From NCBI GenBank assembly GCA_963842525.1, contig CAWJGT010000003.1:352001-416000 (forward strand): a stretch of DNA of 64,000 nt. The letters are read 5' to 3'. Position 1 is the first letter of the stretch. The number at the start of each line of letters is the position of its first letter. Under the pieces are notes generated by a model, which saw nothing but the letters and a program-made list of their open reading frames with translations, did not search any database and had not been told where the DNA came from. Below, piece after piece: positions 17,455-27,331 of this stretch. Both the position numbers and the translations under genes were made by a program. The stretch comes from an uncultured Holophagales bacterium (lineage in GTDB: Bacteria; Acidobacteriota; Thermoanaerobaculia; Multivoradales; UBA5704).

Positions 17455-18191
17455 GACCGCTCCTCCCTCTTGGTCCACCACGCCTGTTCGGTCAGGGGCA
17501 CCGGCCCGCGTCGGCGCGGCAGTCCGGAAGCCGGCTGCCGCGCCTGCACCCAGGAGAGGCGGGCGGCGATCCACTGCGGATCGGCCTTGGCCGGGACGGA
17601 GCCCCAGAGCCCCGCGGCTGCGTTGCCGTACCGCATCAGCCCCCGCGAGCAGTCCTCGACCGGAGCGCCGGCGTGCTGGTGGGTGGTGTCATGCACGAAG
17701 AGCCGCGCGCGGAGAAGCTCGACGGCGGCGGGCTCGCCGGTGAGGAAGAGCCAGCCCGGACCGGCGCCGTGCCGTGCAGCGAGGTCCTGGAGGACACGGG
17801 GCGTGTCGCTCTCCGGGTCGACGGTGATCGAGTAGAGGAAGACGTCGCGCCCCAGCCGGTCCCCCAGCAGCGGCTGCAGGCTTTGATAGGCCTTCGCCAC
17901 GTTGGCGATCACGGGGTAGACCGCGTCGTTCGCGATCGAGAAGAAATGGAGAAGCACCGTCCGATCGCGGATCAGGTCGTCCCAGAACCGCGCCCGGCGG
18001 CCGTCATGGGCCTGAATGATCACGTTGGGGAAGTGCTCCGGAGACAGTGCGCAGGAGGGCCCCTCCGGATCGCTGGGCTTCACAACCGCTGGCGCGGCCA
18101 GGGAGATCCCGGGCAGAGCGGCTGCTGCGGCGCCTGCCGCGAGGCCTGCGAGGACCGTCCTCCGGTCTTTCATCTCGGGCATGTCGGGCAT
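17451..18191 (-). CDS. SCO-like protein with Tat signal, lacking CxxxC
   Basis: DRRTVL Tat motif; YSITVDPESDTP...GWLFLTG. Confidence 0.8.
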   Translation of the reverse strand: MPDMPEMKDRRTVLAGLAAGAAAAALPGISLAAPAVVKPSDPEGPSCALSPEHFPNVIIQAHDGRRARFWDDLIRDRTVLLHFFSIANDAVYPVIANVAKAYQSLQPLLGDRLGRDVFLYSITVDPESDTPRVLQDLAARHGAGPGWLFLTGEPAAVELLRARLFVHDTTHQHAGAPVEDCSRGLMRYGNAAAGLWGSVPAKADPQWIAARLSWVQARQPASGLPRRRGPVPLTEQAWWTKREERS

Positions 18192-18192
18192 C

Positions 18193-20070
18193 TCAGATGT
18201 CCTCCCTCTCGTCCGGAGGTGGGCCCTGCTGGTCGTCCTGGCTCGTGCCGTCGGCCGGCCGCGGCTCCAGGTGGGGCGGCACCGGCGGCGTGCCGTAGAA
18301 CTCGGAGGCCGAGCGCGATCCGGAGAAGCCCTTGCCGGGCTCGACGATGTCCCAGCGGACCATCATCGAGTGGTCCTCGTGGACCACGTTGTGGCAGTGC
18401 ATGACGTGGCGGCCGAGGAAGTCGCACCAGCGCATCACGACCTTGATCTCGTCGCCGGGCAGGAGCGTGGCCACGTCGCGGCGGGGTCCGCCCATGAAGC
18501 GCCGGATCGGCGGGTTGCCCGGCGTCCCTTCCAGGGCCTCGACGAACCTATGCTCCCCCTGCGCCGTGTCCTGCACCCAGCTCCGCAGGTAGGGGACGCC
18601 GTTGACCTCCAGGAGCAGGAACTCCGTGAAGTGGCTGTGGATGGGGTGCGCCCAGGTGTTTCCGGCGTTGCGGAAGGTCCAGATCTCGGCCGAGCCCTGC
18701 TCGATGCCGGCGTCGATCCGGTTCGGGTCGAAAACCTTGCCGTTGACCGTCCAGAGGCCGCCGTCGTAGTCGAAGACCCAGGTCCGCTCACGCCGGACGT
18801 CCGCCGGATCGATGCGCGGCAGGTCGCGCAGCCGGTCGGGGATGCGGCTCGGATCGGGCCCGGTCGCCTCGACCACCTGGAACTGGAGGATACCGTCTCC
18901 CGGGTCGAGGATCCGCCCGGACGGGCCTTTGCCGTTCGTCTGCTCGAGCCGGTTGAGGACCGTGACCGTGTCGCCCACCTTGTACTGCGAGAAGTCGATG
19001 ATCACGTCCACCCGCTGGGCCACGCTGAGGTAGATGCTCTGGGCGGTCACGGGCTCGGGCAGGAAGTTGCCGTCGCCGGTGATGATCGTCCACGGCTTCC
19101 CGGAGCTCAAGAAGAGCTGGTAGAAGCGGGACGGCCCGCCGTTCAGGATGCGGAAGCGGTACTTGCGGCGCTCGACCTGGAAGAACGGCTGGATGATGCG
19201 GTTGACCGTGTAGCGGTCGCCCAGGATGCCGTCGGTGTTGAACGGGTTCCAGCGCACCTGGCCGTTCTCGTCGAACATGATGTCGTGCAGGAGCAGGGGG
19301 ACGTCGTACTTGCCGCTGGGCAGCCGCCACGCCGCCGGGTTGGGATCGTTCTCGTTGCCCGAGTCCTGCTCGTCGAAGAGGAGATAGAAGCCCGCCAGGC
19401 CCGCGTAGACGTTGGCCGCCGTGAAGTCGAGGCGGTGGTCGTGGTACCAGAGGGTGGTGAGCTTCTCGCGCGGGTCGTGGCAGGCCGGGAAGTTGGCGTA
19501 GTGGTGGTCCCAGAACTCCCCGGTGTCGATCCAGTCCTGCGGGTTGCCGTCGCTCTCCGAGGCGGTGTGCCCGTTGTGGAGATGGCTGGTGGTCGACGGC
19601 AGCGCGAAGCTGACGCGGCTCACGCCGATCGGCGGCAGCGTGTTGTGCCGGCGCACCAGCACAGGCTCGCCATAACGCGCGTGATAGGTGGGGCCGGGCG
19701 TCGTGCCGTCGAACCCCCACGAATAGCTCCCGCTGCCATAGGGCGCGTCCGGGTGGTAGGTCCAGAGGAGCTCCTGCTCGTGGATCTCATAGAGCTTCCT
19801 GGGGAGGTGCTCGTCATAGAGCTGGTGAGCGCGCGGATCGGGCGGCGGATCGAGGCTCGCCACAGGCTGCTTGATCGGCGGCACGAACAGCGGCGCCACG
19901 AAAGGCCGCACCGGCGGGCTCGGCGTCGCCAGGTCCGGCGGCTCGCCGTCGGGCGGGCAAAGGAACTTGAGCATCTCCTTCGGGTCGGCGGCACGCGCAC
20001 CGTGGGCCGCCAGGAGGCCGCTGCCGCCGGCCGCGAGGCCGAGCTTGAGCACATCTCTTCTCTGGATCAT
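18193..20070 (-). CDS. Tat-exported three-domain multicopper oxidase (CotA/bilirubin oxidase type)
   Basis: QRRDVLK Tat signal; HLHNG, WYHDH, HPIHSH and HCHNVVHEDHSMM copper motifs. Confidence 0.93.
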   Translation of the reverse strand: MIQRRDVLKLGLAAGGSGLLAAHGARAADPKEMLKFLCPPDGEPPDLATPSPPVRPFVAPLFVPPIKQPVASLDPPPDPRAHQLYDEHLPRKLYEIHEQELLWTYHPDAPYGSGSYSWGFDGTTPGPTYHARYGEPVLVRRHNTLPPIGVSRVSFALPSTTSHLHNGHTASESDGNPQDWIDTGEFWDHHYANFPACHDPREKLTTLWYHDHRLDFTAANVYAGLAGFYLLFDEQDSGNENDPNPAAWRLPSGKYDVPLLLHDIMFDENGQVRWNPFNTDGILGDRYTVNRIIQPFFQVERRKYRFRILNGGPSRFYQLFLSSGKPWTIITGDGNFLPEPVTAQSIYLSVAQRVDVIIDFSQYKVGDTVTVLNRLEQTNGKGPSGRILDPGDGILQFQVVEATGPDPSRIPDRLRDLPRIDPADVRRERTWVFDYDGGLWTVNGKVFDPNRIDAGIEQGSAEIWTFRNAGNTWAHPIHSHFTEFLLLEVNGVPYLRSWVQDTAQGEHRFVEALEGTPGNPPIRRFMGGPRRDVATLLPGDEIKVVMRWCDFLGRHVMHCHNVVHEDHSMMVRWDIVEPGKGFSGSRSASEFYGTPPVPPHLEPRPADGTSQDDQQGPPPDEREDI

Positions 20071-20193
20071 CGATCTCTCCGAGCTGGCGAGAACAGGTGC
20101 GCCGACAGTAGCCGAGGCGCCGGGGTGCGTCAAACACCCCGCGGGTCTATTTCGGATCTAAGGAGGCCCTGCTGTCCTTGGAAGACCCACGCT

Positions 20194-20754
20194 TCACGCC
20201 TCGGGCCACAGCAGCCGGAAGACCAGGCCGGTCACCGCCGCGTAGATCACGGCGTCGAGGAGGCCGCGCAGCGAGTTGGACCAGGGGATGGCCTTCCAGA
20301 TCGAATCCTGGAGATAACCGAAGCCATACCCCAGGAAGGCGATGGTGCCGGTGATCTGGAGCACCGTCAGGCCGTCGGTGGTGAACGTGAGGGTGTGGCG
20401 CGCCACGTAGGCGGTGACGAAGCTCACGAGGAAGCAGAAGAGGAACCACTGGACGAGGTATTTCCCCATGGCGGGAGTGCCGTTGCGCAGGACGGTGATC
20501 ATGGCGACGGGGCCGTCCTCGTAGCGCTTCTGCATCGCGGGGTCCTTCATCTGGGACTGCTCGAGGCAGTAGGGGATGGTGTAGACGCCGGGGGACTTGG
20601 CCGCCGCGCGCAGCGCCTGGGCGACGGACGCCTCGTCGGCGAGCGCCTTGTAGTCGGCCCGGTGGTACTTGAGGACCATGTGGAGGATCGCGCTCACGAG
20701 CCATACTGCGACAGCCGAGACGACGACGGGCAGCCACAAGCTTCCGAAAGGCAT
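20194..20754 (-). CDS. Hypothetical membrane protein (about 4 TM)
   Basis: Hydrophobic helices; RBS GAGAGGAGG. Confidence 0.75.
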   Translation of the reverse strand: MPFGSLWLPVVVSAVAVWLVSAILHMVLKYHRADYKALADEASVAQALRAAAKSPGVYTIPYCLEQSQMKDPAMQKRYEDGPVAMITVLRNGTPAMGKYLVQWFLFCFLVSFVTAYVARHTLTFTTDGLTVLQITGTIAFLGYGFGYLQDSIWKAIPWSNSLRGLLDAVIYAAVTGLVFRLLWPEA

Positions 20755-20835
20755 AATTTCCTCCTCTCTAGAGGTTCGGCCAGGGATTCTATACCAAAGC
20801 GTCAGCCAGCCCTCCCCCTGCTACAATCCACCCCG

Positions 20836-21831
20836 ATGAGCCAGCCCGTCCCGCTCTCCCGCCCCGCTCCCGCCCCGCCGGTCCCCGAACCCGCGCCCGA
20901 GGTGGAGGTGAGCGTGCTCGTGCCGGTGCTCGACGAGGCCGAGAGCGTGCGGGAGCTCGCGTCGCGGGTGGCCGCGGTGCTCGACGCGACAGGCCGAACG
21001 TTCGAGATCATCTTCGTCGACGACGGGTCGCGCGACGGCACGCCGCAGCGGGTGCGCGAGGCGCGGGAGGCCGACCCCCGGGTCAAGCTGGTGCGGCTGC
21101 GGCGCAACTTCGGCAAGGCCGCGGCCCTGTCCGCGGGCTTCGACGTGGCCCGCGGCAACATCCTCATCACCATGGACGGCGACCTCCAGGATGACCCGGA
21201 GGAGATCCCGCGGTTCCTGGAGGCGATGGAGACGCGCGATCTCGACCTGGTGTCGGGCTGGAAGCGCCAGCGCCGCGACCCCGTCTCGAAGCGCCTCCCC
21301 TCGCTGCTCTACAACTGGGTGACCCGCCAGCTCGCGCAGGTCGACCTTCACGATTTCAACTGCGGCTTCAAGGCCTACCGGCGGGAGGTGCTGGAGCAGA
21401 TCTCCGTCTATGGCGAGCTGCACCGCTACATCCCGGTGCTGGCCAGCCGGCGCGGCTTCACGGTGGGCGAGATCCCGGTCAACCACCACCCGCGGCGGCA
21501 CGGCAAGAGCAAGTATGGCTGGGACCGCTTGTACAAGGGGCTGCTGGACTTGATCACGGTCCTCTTCATCACGCGCTACACGCGCCGTCCCCTCCATCTG
21601 TTCGGCGCCTTCGGGCTGCTCTTCCTGATCGGCGGCTTCGGCATTAATCTCTACTTGGCCATCCTCTGGTTCAACGGCCAGTTCCTGTCCAACCGTCCCC
21701 TGCTCCTGCTGGGCGTCCTGCTGATGCTGCTGGGCATCCAGGTGCTGACCACGGGCCTGCTCGGCGAGATGATCACCTTCAAGAACTTCCGGCGCCCCGA
21801 CAGCTACTCGGTCAAAGAGCGGCTGGATTGA
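20836..21831 (+). CDS. GT2 polyprenyl-phosphate glycosyltransferase (ArnC/GtrB-like)
   Basis: VDDGSRD, RNFGKAAA, MDGDLQDDP and two C-terminal TM helices. Confidence 0.9.
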   Translation: MSQPVPLSRPAPAPPVPEPAPEVEVSVLVPVLDEAESVRELASRVAAVLDATGRTFEIIFVDDGSRDGTPQRVREAREADPRVKLVRLRRNFGKAAALSAGFDVARGNILITMDGDLQDDPEEIPRFLEAMETRDLDLVSGWKRQRRDPVSKRLPSLLYNWVTRQLAQVDLHDFNCGFKAYRREVLEQISVYGELHRYIPVLASRRGFTVGEIPVNHHPRRHGKSKYGWDRLYKGLLDLITVLFITRYTRRPLHLFGAFGLLFLIGGFGINLYLAILWFNGQFLSNRPLLLLGVLLMLLGIQVLTTGLLGEMITFKNFRRPDSYSVKERLD

Positions 21832-23049
21832 ACCTCCTCTTCCTGACCCAGACCTATCCTCGTTTTCCGGGGGACCTGTCGGGTCCCTTCATCCGGGACC
21901 TCGCGCTCGGATTGGCGCGGCAAGGGGACCGGGTGACCGTGCTGGCGCCCCATGCCGAGGGGCTGGCCGGGGGGTGGACGGAGGAAGGGGGAGGCGTCGA
22001 GGTCGTCACCTTCCGCTATGCGCCGGAGCGCTCGGAGGTCCTCGGCTACGGCCGGACGCTCGAAGCGGACGAGAAGGTCCGGTCGCGCGCCGCCCTGGTG
22101 ACGCCGCTCTTCCTGCTCGGCCTGCGGCGGGCCGTCCGCCGCATGGTCCGCGGCCGGCGGTTCGACCTGGTCCATGCCCACTGGATCGTTCCCAATGGGG
22201 TCGTGGCCGCCGCGGCCTGCGGCAGGGTGCCGCTCGCCATCGGGCTCCACGGCAGCGACGTGTTCCTGGCGGAGAAGCCGGGAGTACGCCGCCTCGCCGG
22301 CTGGGCCCTGTCCCGCGCGCGGCTGCTCACCGGCTGCTCGCCCGAGCTGGTCGACCGGGTGCGGGCTCTGGGTTTCCCGGCGGAGCGCTCGCGGGTGATC
22401 CCCTACGGCGTGGACGTATCGACCTTCTCGCCGGATCGGCAGCGGCGGCGGATCTGGCGCGAGCGGCTCGGCATCCCGGACGCGGCGCCGCTCCTCCTCG
22501 GCGTCGGCCGAATGGCGACCAAGAAGGGGTTCCAGGTGCTTTTGGAAACGCTGCCGGATCTCCTGTCCGCCGCGCCGGAGGCGCACGTGGTGCTGGCCGG
22601 CGGGGGCGACCTGTGGGACCGGTTCGCGGCGGTCGCTGCGCGGTGGCCCGGCCGGGTCCATCTCCCCGGCCCGGTGCTGCGCGACACCCTGCCGGACCTC
22701 TTCCGCGCCGCCGACCTGTTCGTCCTGCCGGCGGTGCATGACGCCAAGGGGAACGTGGATGGCCTCCCCAACGTCATCCTGGAGGCCATGGCGAGCGGCC
22801 TGCCGGTGGTGGCCTCGGGGATCTCCGGCATCCCGCTGGCGGTGGAGGACGGCGCGACCGGCCTGCTGGTGCCGGAGCGCGACCCGGCGGGCCTGCTCCG
22901 CGCCCTCTCCAGGCTGCTCGCGGACCGCGACCTGGCGCGCGGGATGGGAGAAAGGGGCCGGCGGAAGGCGGAGACGGGAGCTGACCTGGGACGCGGTGGC
23001 GGCGCGCTACCGGGAGGGGTACGAGGCGGCCTTGTCCATGCCGGTCTGA
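21828..23049 (+). CDS. GT4 glycosyltransferase (apparent +1 frameshift near 22977)
   Basis: HAHW, KKGF, DGLPNVILEAMASGLPVV; the natural C-terminus LTWDAVAARY is in the next frame. Confidence 0.85.
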
Positions 23050-23136
23050 TTCCATATACTTCAAGCACTTCTTCAGCCTTTGGGGCTGCACGAGAGGACG
23101 ATTCTTTTCCTTCTTTCCGATATCGAGGCCCATCTC

Positions 23137-23478
23137 ATGGCCAGCAAGAAGAGCGAGATCGATCGTTCCGGCAAGACCAAGGCAGACCTCGTCGACGTGG
23201 TCTACGACCGCCACGGCGGGCTCACCAAGGACGAGGCGGCCGAGGTCGTCGACGCGATCTTCAAGACCGTGAAGAGGTCGCTGGGTCGCGGCCGGACGGT
23301 CCGCATCAAGAACTTCGGCACCTTCGAGATCACCGACCGGCCCGGCCGGATCGGGGTCAATCCGGTCAACGGGGAGAGGATCTTCATCCGGCCGCACAAG
23401 GGCCTGAGCTTTCGGCCCGCCCGCCGTCTGAAGGACGAGGTGACCCCGTCTCGCCCTGCGCCGCGGGGGCGCGAGTAA
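23137..23478 (+). CDS. ihfA: Integration host factor / HU family DNA-binding protein
   Basis: TKADLV...IKNFGTF...GVNPVNGE...FRP; conserved IHF-MerR-tRNA-Pro order. Confidence 0.8.
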   Translation: MASKKSEIDRSGKTKADLVDVVYDRHGGLTKDEAAEVVDAIFKTVKRSLGRGRTVRIKNFGTFEITDRPGRIGVNPVNGERIFIRPHKGLSFRPARRLKDEVTPSRPAPRGRE

Positions 23479-23484
23479 GTCCGC

Positions 23485-23994
23485 ATGGTGGGCAAGGCCC
23501 GGGTCCAGAAGCGGCTCTACTACAAGATCGGGGAGGCCTGCAAGGCGCTCGGCATCCAGCCGTACGTGCTGCGGTACTGGGAGACCGAGTTCCCCGCCCT
23601 CGCCCCGAGCAAGAGCCGCTCGGGGCAGCGCGTCTACAGCGAGAAGGAGCTGGAGATCATCCGGCGGATCAAGGAGCTCCTCTACGACGAGGGCTACACG
23701 ATCGCCGGGGCCAAGAAGAAGCTGGAGACCGAGCTCGCCAGCGGTGCCCTGGAGGAGACACGGGACGGTGGGCCTGAGCCAGCCGAGGAGGCGCCACCCC
23801 CGGCTCCGCCGGCCGCCGCTCGGACCAGGTCCCGCAAGGCCGTGCCGGATGAGCCGGGTGATCCAAGGCAGGCGCCGGAGCCCGCGGCGCTTGACACGGA
23901 CGCCGCCGAGCGGATACAAAGTCTGCGCTCGGGGATTGAAAAGGCCCTTCGGGAAGCCCGCGAGATAATCGCCCTCCTCGATTCCAACCGCTGA
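23485..23994 (+). CDS. MerR family transcriptional regulator
   Basis: YYKIGE...VLRYWETEF...LLYDEGYTIAGA. Confidence 0.9.
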   Translation: MVGKARVQKRLYYKIGEACKALGIQPYVLRYWETEFPALAPSKSRSGQRVYSEKELEIIRRIKELLYDEGYTIAGAKKKLETELASGALEETRDGGPEPAEEAPPPAPPAAARTRSRKAVPDEPGDPRQAPEPAALDTDAAERIQSLRSGIEKALREAREIIALLDSNR

Positions 23995-24009
23995 GAAACA
24001 CCTTCCGGT

Positions 24010-24086
24010 CGGGACGTGGCGCAGCCTGGTAGCGTACCTGAATGGGGTTCAGGGGGTCCCGGGTTCAAATCCCGGCGTCCCGACCA
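24010..24086 (+). tRNA. tRNA-Pro(GGG)
   Basis: Cloverleaf CGGGACG...CGTCCCG-ACCA; anticodon loop ATGGGGT; T-loop TTCAAAT. Confidence 0.95.
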
Positions 24087-24175
24087 ATATTTCCCTTGTA
24101 AACCCCTGATTTCAAACAACTTAGATGGGCCACTGGTCTCTGTTTGCATCTGCGACAAAGCTCCTTTCTGAGGGG

Positions 24176-24197
24176 GTCGTACGAAAGTCGTACGAAA
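24176..24197. repeat. Putative integrase arm-type sites, left end
   Basis: GTCGTACGAAA x2; shares the TCGTACG core with the right-end repeats. Confidence 0.6.
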
Positions 24198-24497
24198 TCA
24201 ATACAGAATTTTGTGCCTCTCGATCGTCCTGGTCATGGTCGTCCGCTCGCGCCAGTCGAGGTAACCACAGAGAGGGTAGCGCCGGGGGGCGGTTTTTCGC
24301 CCTGCTTTGCGGTAGGGTGGGCCGTCGCCTCGCTCAGCCCAGTCTTCGAGGGTTCGGACGGATACCTGCTCCAGGTGCGCCAGCTCGCGCGAGGTGAGGT
24401 CTCGGTAGTCGAAGATCGCGTCCAGGCACTGGCGCCGCGGTAGGCCCTCCGCCAGCCGCCGCAGCAGCTCGTTGAGGCCGGGTCGAAGCTCAGTCAA
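24198..24497 (-). CDS. Excisionase-like helix-turn-helix protein
   Basis: LTSRELAHLEQVSVRTLEDWAERGDGPPYRK; adjacent to att. Confidence 0.7.
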   Translation of the reverse strand: MTELRPGLNELLRRLAEGLPRRQCLDAIFDYRDLTSRELAHLEQVSVRTLEDWAERGDGPPYRKAGRKTAPRRYPLCGYLDWRERTTMTRTIERHKILY

Positions 24498-24879
24498 GAT
24501 CTGGCCCTCCTTCACAGCGGCGGCGCTCGAGGATTCTGTAGATGCACTTGGGCGTGATCGGCCCCTTGGGCCGGATAAAAACGGGCTTGGCGGAGGCCCA
24601 GAGGCGACGCTCTGAGAGCCAGGCGAGGAGCCGGCCGCCGAGGTCGGCTGGCAGCTCGGCATGCCAGGTGACGCCGTTGCGTTGGACGGTGACCCAGAGG
24701 ATGCCCCGAGCCATGGTGATCGCCGTGGCTTGCAGTCTGGCGATTTCCCCCGCGCTCAACCCTGCGGCGGCCAGAGCCATGATGGCGCCATCGCGCAGCC
24801 CCACGGGCCAGCCGGCCCGCAGGCGGGCCGGATCGACCCCGGGAAGAAGGATGCGCGCCTGCTCGGGGCTCAGGATCAT
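24490..24879 (-). CDS. Truncated/degenerate tyrosine-recombinase-like protein
   Basis: LRDGAIMALAAAGLSAGEIARL box-I-like motif without the catalytic Arg; no HxxR or Tyr. Confidence 0.5.
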   Translation of the reverse strand: MILSPEQARILLPGVDPARLRAGWPVGLRDGAIMALAAAGLSAGEIARLQATAITMARGILWVTVQRNGVTWHAELPADLGGRLLAWLSERRLWASAKPVFIRPKGPITPKCIYRILERRRCEGGPDLD

Positions 24880-25592
24880 CAGAAGGGATCCGGGCCGGCG
24901 GGGACCAGAGTCACTCGGTTGCGGAAGGAGGTGGTGGAGCCGGACCAGGCCAGCTCGACGGTGCCGGTCTGCCCGTGCCGGTGCTTTGCCACGATCACTT
25001 CCGCCAGTCCTCGCAGGGCCTCGTTGTCGGGTTCGTAGACCTCGGGCCGGTGGATGAAGGCGACCTGGTCGGCTGCCTGCTCGATGGCACCGGATTCAGC
25101 CAGGTCGGCGAGCTGCGGGCGCGGGTCGCTCCGGCGCGTCAGCTCGCGGTTGAGCTGGGAGAGGACGAGCACCACCACGCCCAGCTCGCCGGCCAGCTCT
25201 TTGAGGCGGCGGGTGATGTGGGCGATCTCCAGCCGGCGCTGCTCGAAACGAATGCCGGTGTTGACGAGCTGAAGGTAGTCCACGACCAGGAGGGCGAGGT
25301 CGGGATGGCGGGCTTTGAGCCACCAAGCCCTTGCTTCGAGGTCGCGCAGGACGAGCCCTGGAGTGTCGTCGAGGTAGAGGGGGGCGGCGAGCATGCGGCG
25401 GGTTGCTGCGTAGAGGTCTTGCCATTGCCGGCCGGAGAGGTGGCCGGCTCTCATGCGATGGCGCTCGAGGAACCAGTCGCGGGGCTCCAGGCGGGTGCGG
25501 ACCTGGGCGATGCGCATGGGCTCCAGGAGGAGGGCGCCGAGGACGGCTTTTTCGGCTTCTTCGCTGTGGGGCAGGACGAGCTTGCGTTTCAT
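24879..25592 (-). pseudogene. dnaB: DnaB-type replicative helicase with large in-frame internal deletion
   Basis: PHSEEAEKAVLG N-terminus fused after ~46 aa to the C-terminal half (VVDYLQL, LSQLNR, SGAIEQAAD, KHRHG); Walker A is missing. Confidence 0.8.
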
Positions 25593-26473
25593 CGGGTTGC
25601 CTTTCTCAGGCGAACGTCGGTGCCGCCGGTGCGGACGTGGAGGCCGGAGAGCCAGCGCGAGAGCAGGGACGGGGGCATGGCGGCGTTGGGGTTGCGCAGG
25701 AGCTCGGGAAGAACCTGGCTGGTGATGACGGTGGGCAGACAGCTTTCGTCGCGGGTGCGTGTGATGAGGATCAGCCGCTCCATGTACCAGTCGGCGGCAG
25801 CGCCGGAGAGGGGCTCGTCGAGGACGAGCAGCGGGGTGACGAGGAGGGGGGCGATGACCTCTTCGCTGACGATGAGGTCGCGCTGGATGCGCCTCGCCAG
25901 CTCGGGGCCGGAGATCCAGCGTCCGCGCCGGCCGGTGCGCAGGTGCTCGGCGAGGAGGATGGTGGCGATGCCGGTCTTGCCGGTGCCGGTGGGACCCCAC
26001 ATGGCAACCCAGCGGGGGGTGCCGGTCCAGTGCTCCAAGGCTTGGGGCCAGGGGCGCTCGAAGTGGGTGGACCAGCTCTCGCGGGTGAGGCCGCGCAGGA
26101 GCTTGGGGATGCCGGCGTCGGCTTCGGTGAAGGCGGTCGCGGCTCTCTGGGCGTCGTGGCAGGTGTGGCAGAGGAGGTCGGCGGGAATGGCGCCGAAAGC
26201 GACCTGGTCTTCGTGGCACTGACGGCAGATCCAGGGCCGGCCCCCGAACGAGCCCTCTCCCCCTGGCCCCCTCTCCCGTGCGGCCGCCGGTCCTCCGCCC
26301 CGAACGGGAGAGGGGGAAGGCAAACCCTCACCCCCCTGGCCCCCCTCTCCCATCCGCACTCCCTCCGCCCGGGCGAGGGGGGAATGGGTCCTCACCCCCT
26401 GGCCCCCTCTCCCATCTTCCGACCGCCCCCCGCCGGGAGAGGGGGGACGCATGCCGATCGTTTCGTGGGTCAT
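25589..26473 (-). CDS. DnaC/IstB-like AAA+ ATPase (helicase loader); N-terminus contains in-frame REP repeats
   Basis: CRQC..CHTC zinc motif; GPTGTGKT Walker A; LLVLDE Walker B. Confidence 0.75.
   Translation of the reverse strand: MTHETIGMRPPSPGGGRSEDGRGGQGVRTHSPLARAEGVRMGEGGQGGEGLPSPSPVRGGGPAAARERGPGGEGSFGGRPWICRQCHEDQVAFGAIPADLLCHTCHDAQRAATAFTEADAGIPKLLRGLTRESWSTHFERPWPQALEHWTGTPRWVAMWGPTGTGKTGIATILLAEHLRTGRRGRWISGPELARRIQRDLIVSEEVIAPLLVTPLLVLDEPLSGAAADWYMERLILITRTRDESCLPTVITSQVLPELLRNPNAAMPPSLLSRWLSGLHVRTGGTDVRLRKATR
26255..26447. repeat. Three tandem REP-like palindromes
   Basis: CCCCCTGGCCCCCTCTCCC...GGGAGAGGGGG units. Confidence 0.75.
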
Positions 26474-27331
26474 GACTCCTCCGTGTTGTTGATGATTTCG
26501 AGGGCTTGCTGCCAGCGGGTCTCGTCGGCACCTGCGGCTCTCAGGAGCTCGCGGCCGGCCCGGGCATCCATCGGCCTGGCCGGCTCGCGCCGGACGGCTT
26601 GCTCCATGACCACGCGGTGGATGTAGGCGGCGGGCTCGCGCTTGTTGGCGAGGCCGGCCTGGACCAGCCGGCCCAGCAGGACGAGGAGAGGCTCGACTCC
26701 ACCAAGGGTCTTCGACCAGACGCCGATCTGGCCAGGGCTCGGCAGCGGGACGCCCGCTTCGGCGAGCAGAAAATTCACTCGAGAGACCGCGGATTGCGGT
26801 CCCGACAGGGGCCGGAGACCGAAGGTCTCCTGATTTTTTTCTTTCTGTTTTTCTTCTTCTGGGGGGTTAGGGGGGATATGGGGGTTTGGGGGAAAAGGGG
26901 GGACCGGGGGGAGAGAAAACTGGCAGTCGGCTTCCAGTTTTTCGCCAGAAAACTGGCTCGGGCTTCCAGTTTCTCGCCGGAAAACTGGCAGTCGGCTTCC
27001 AGTTTCTTCGGAAAACTGGCAGCGGGCTTCCTCTTTTGGTCGGAAAACTGGCAGTCGGCTTCCAGTTTTCCTTCCCGAGCAGAAGGCGGTAGGTGGAAAG
27101 CTTGCCGCGGCCGTGGTGGCTGGTGATGGCGAGCTCGCCGGCGGTGACCAGCTCCGCAAGGATCTGCCGGACGCGGCGATTGCCGAGGCGGGCGCGGCGC
27201 TGCAGCGTAGCCTGGTCGATGGTCCACTCGCCGTTGTGGTCGGAGTAGCTGGCGACGGCGACGAGGACGATGAGGTGGGACCCGCTCTGGCGGGAGTGCT
27301 CCCAGACGGCGGCGAGGTGCTCAAGCCCCAA
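26470..27331 (-). CDS. Phage replication initiator (wHTH N-terminus, lambda O-like layout); frameshift within iteron block
   Basis: N-terminal ORF 26867..27331 (LIVLVAVASYSD...LAELVTAGEL) and C-terminal frame ending 26470; lies upstream of the loader and helicase. Confidence 0.65.
26915..27068. repeat. Five iterons, putative replication origin
   Basis: GAAAACTGGCAGTCGGCTTCCAGTTT-like units at 26915, 26948, 26980, 27011, 27043, next to a purine/pyrimidine-skewed tract. Confidence 0.8.

Noticed and set aside
18016-20835. 1271-aa ORF 18016..21831 as one protein
   Set aside because: The N-terminal 940 codons are antisense to the multicopper oxidase and membrane protein genes; only the GT2 part from 20836 is credible.
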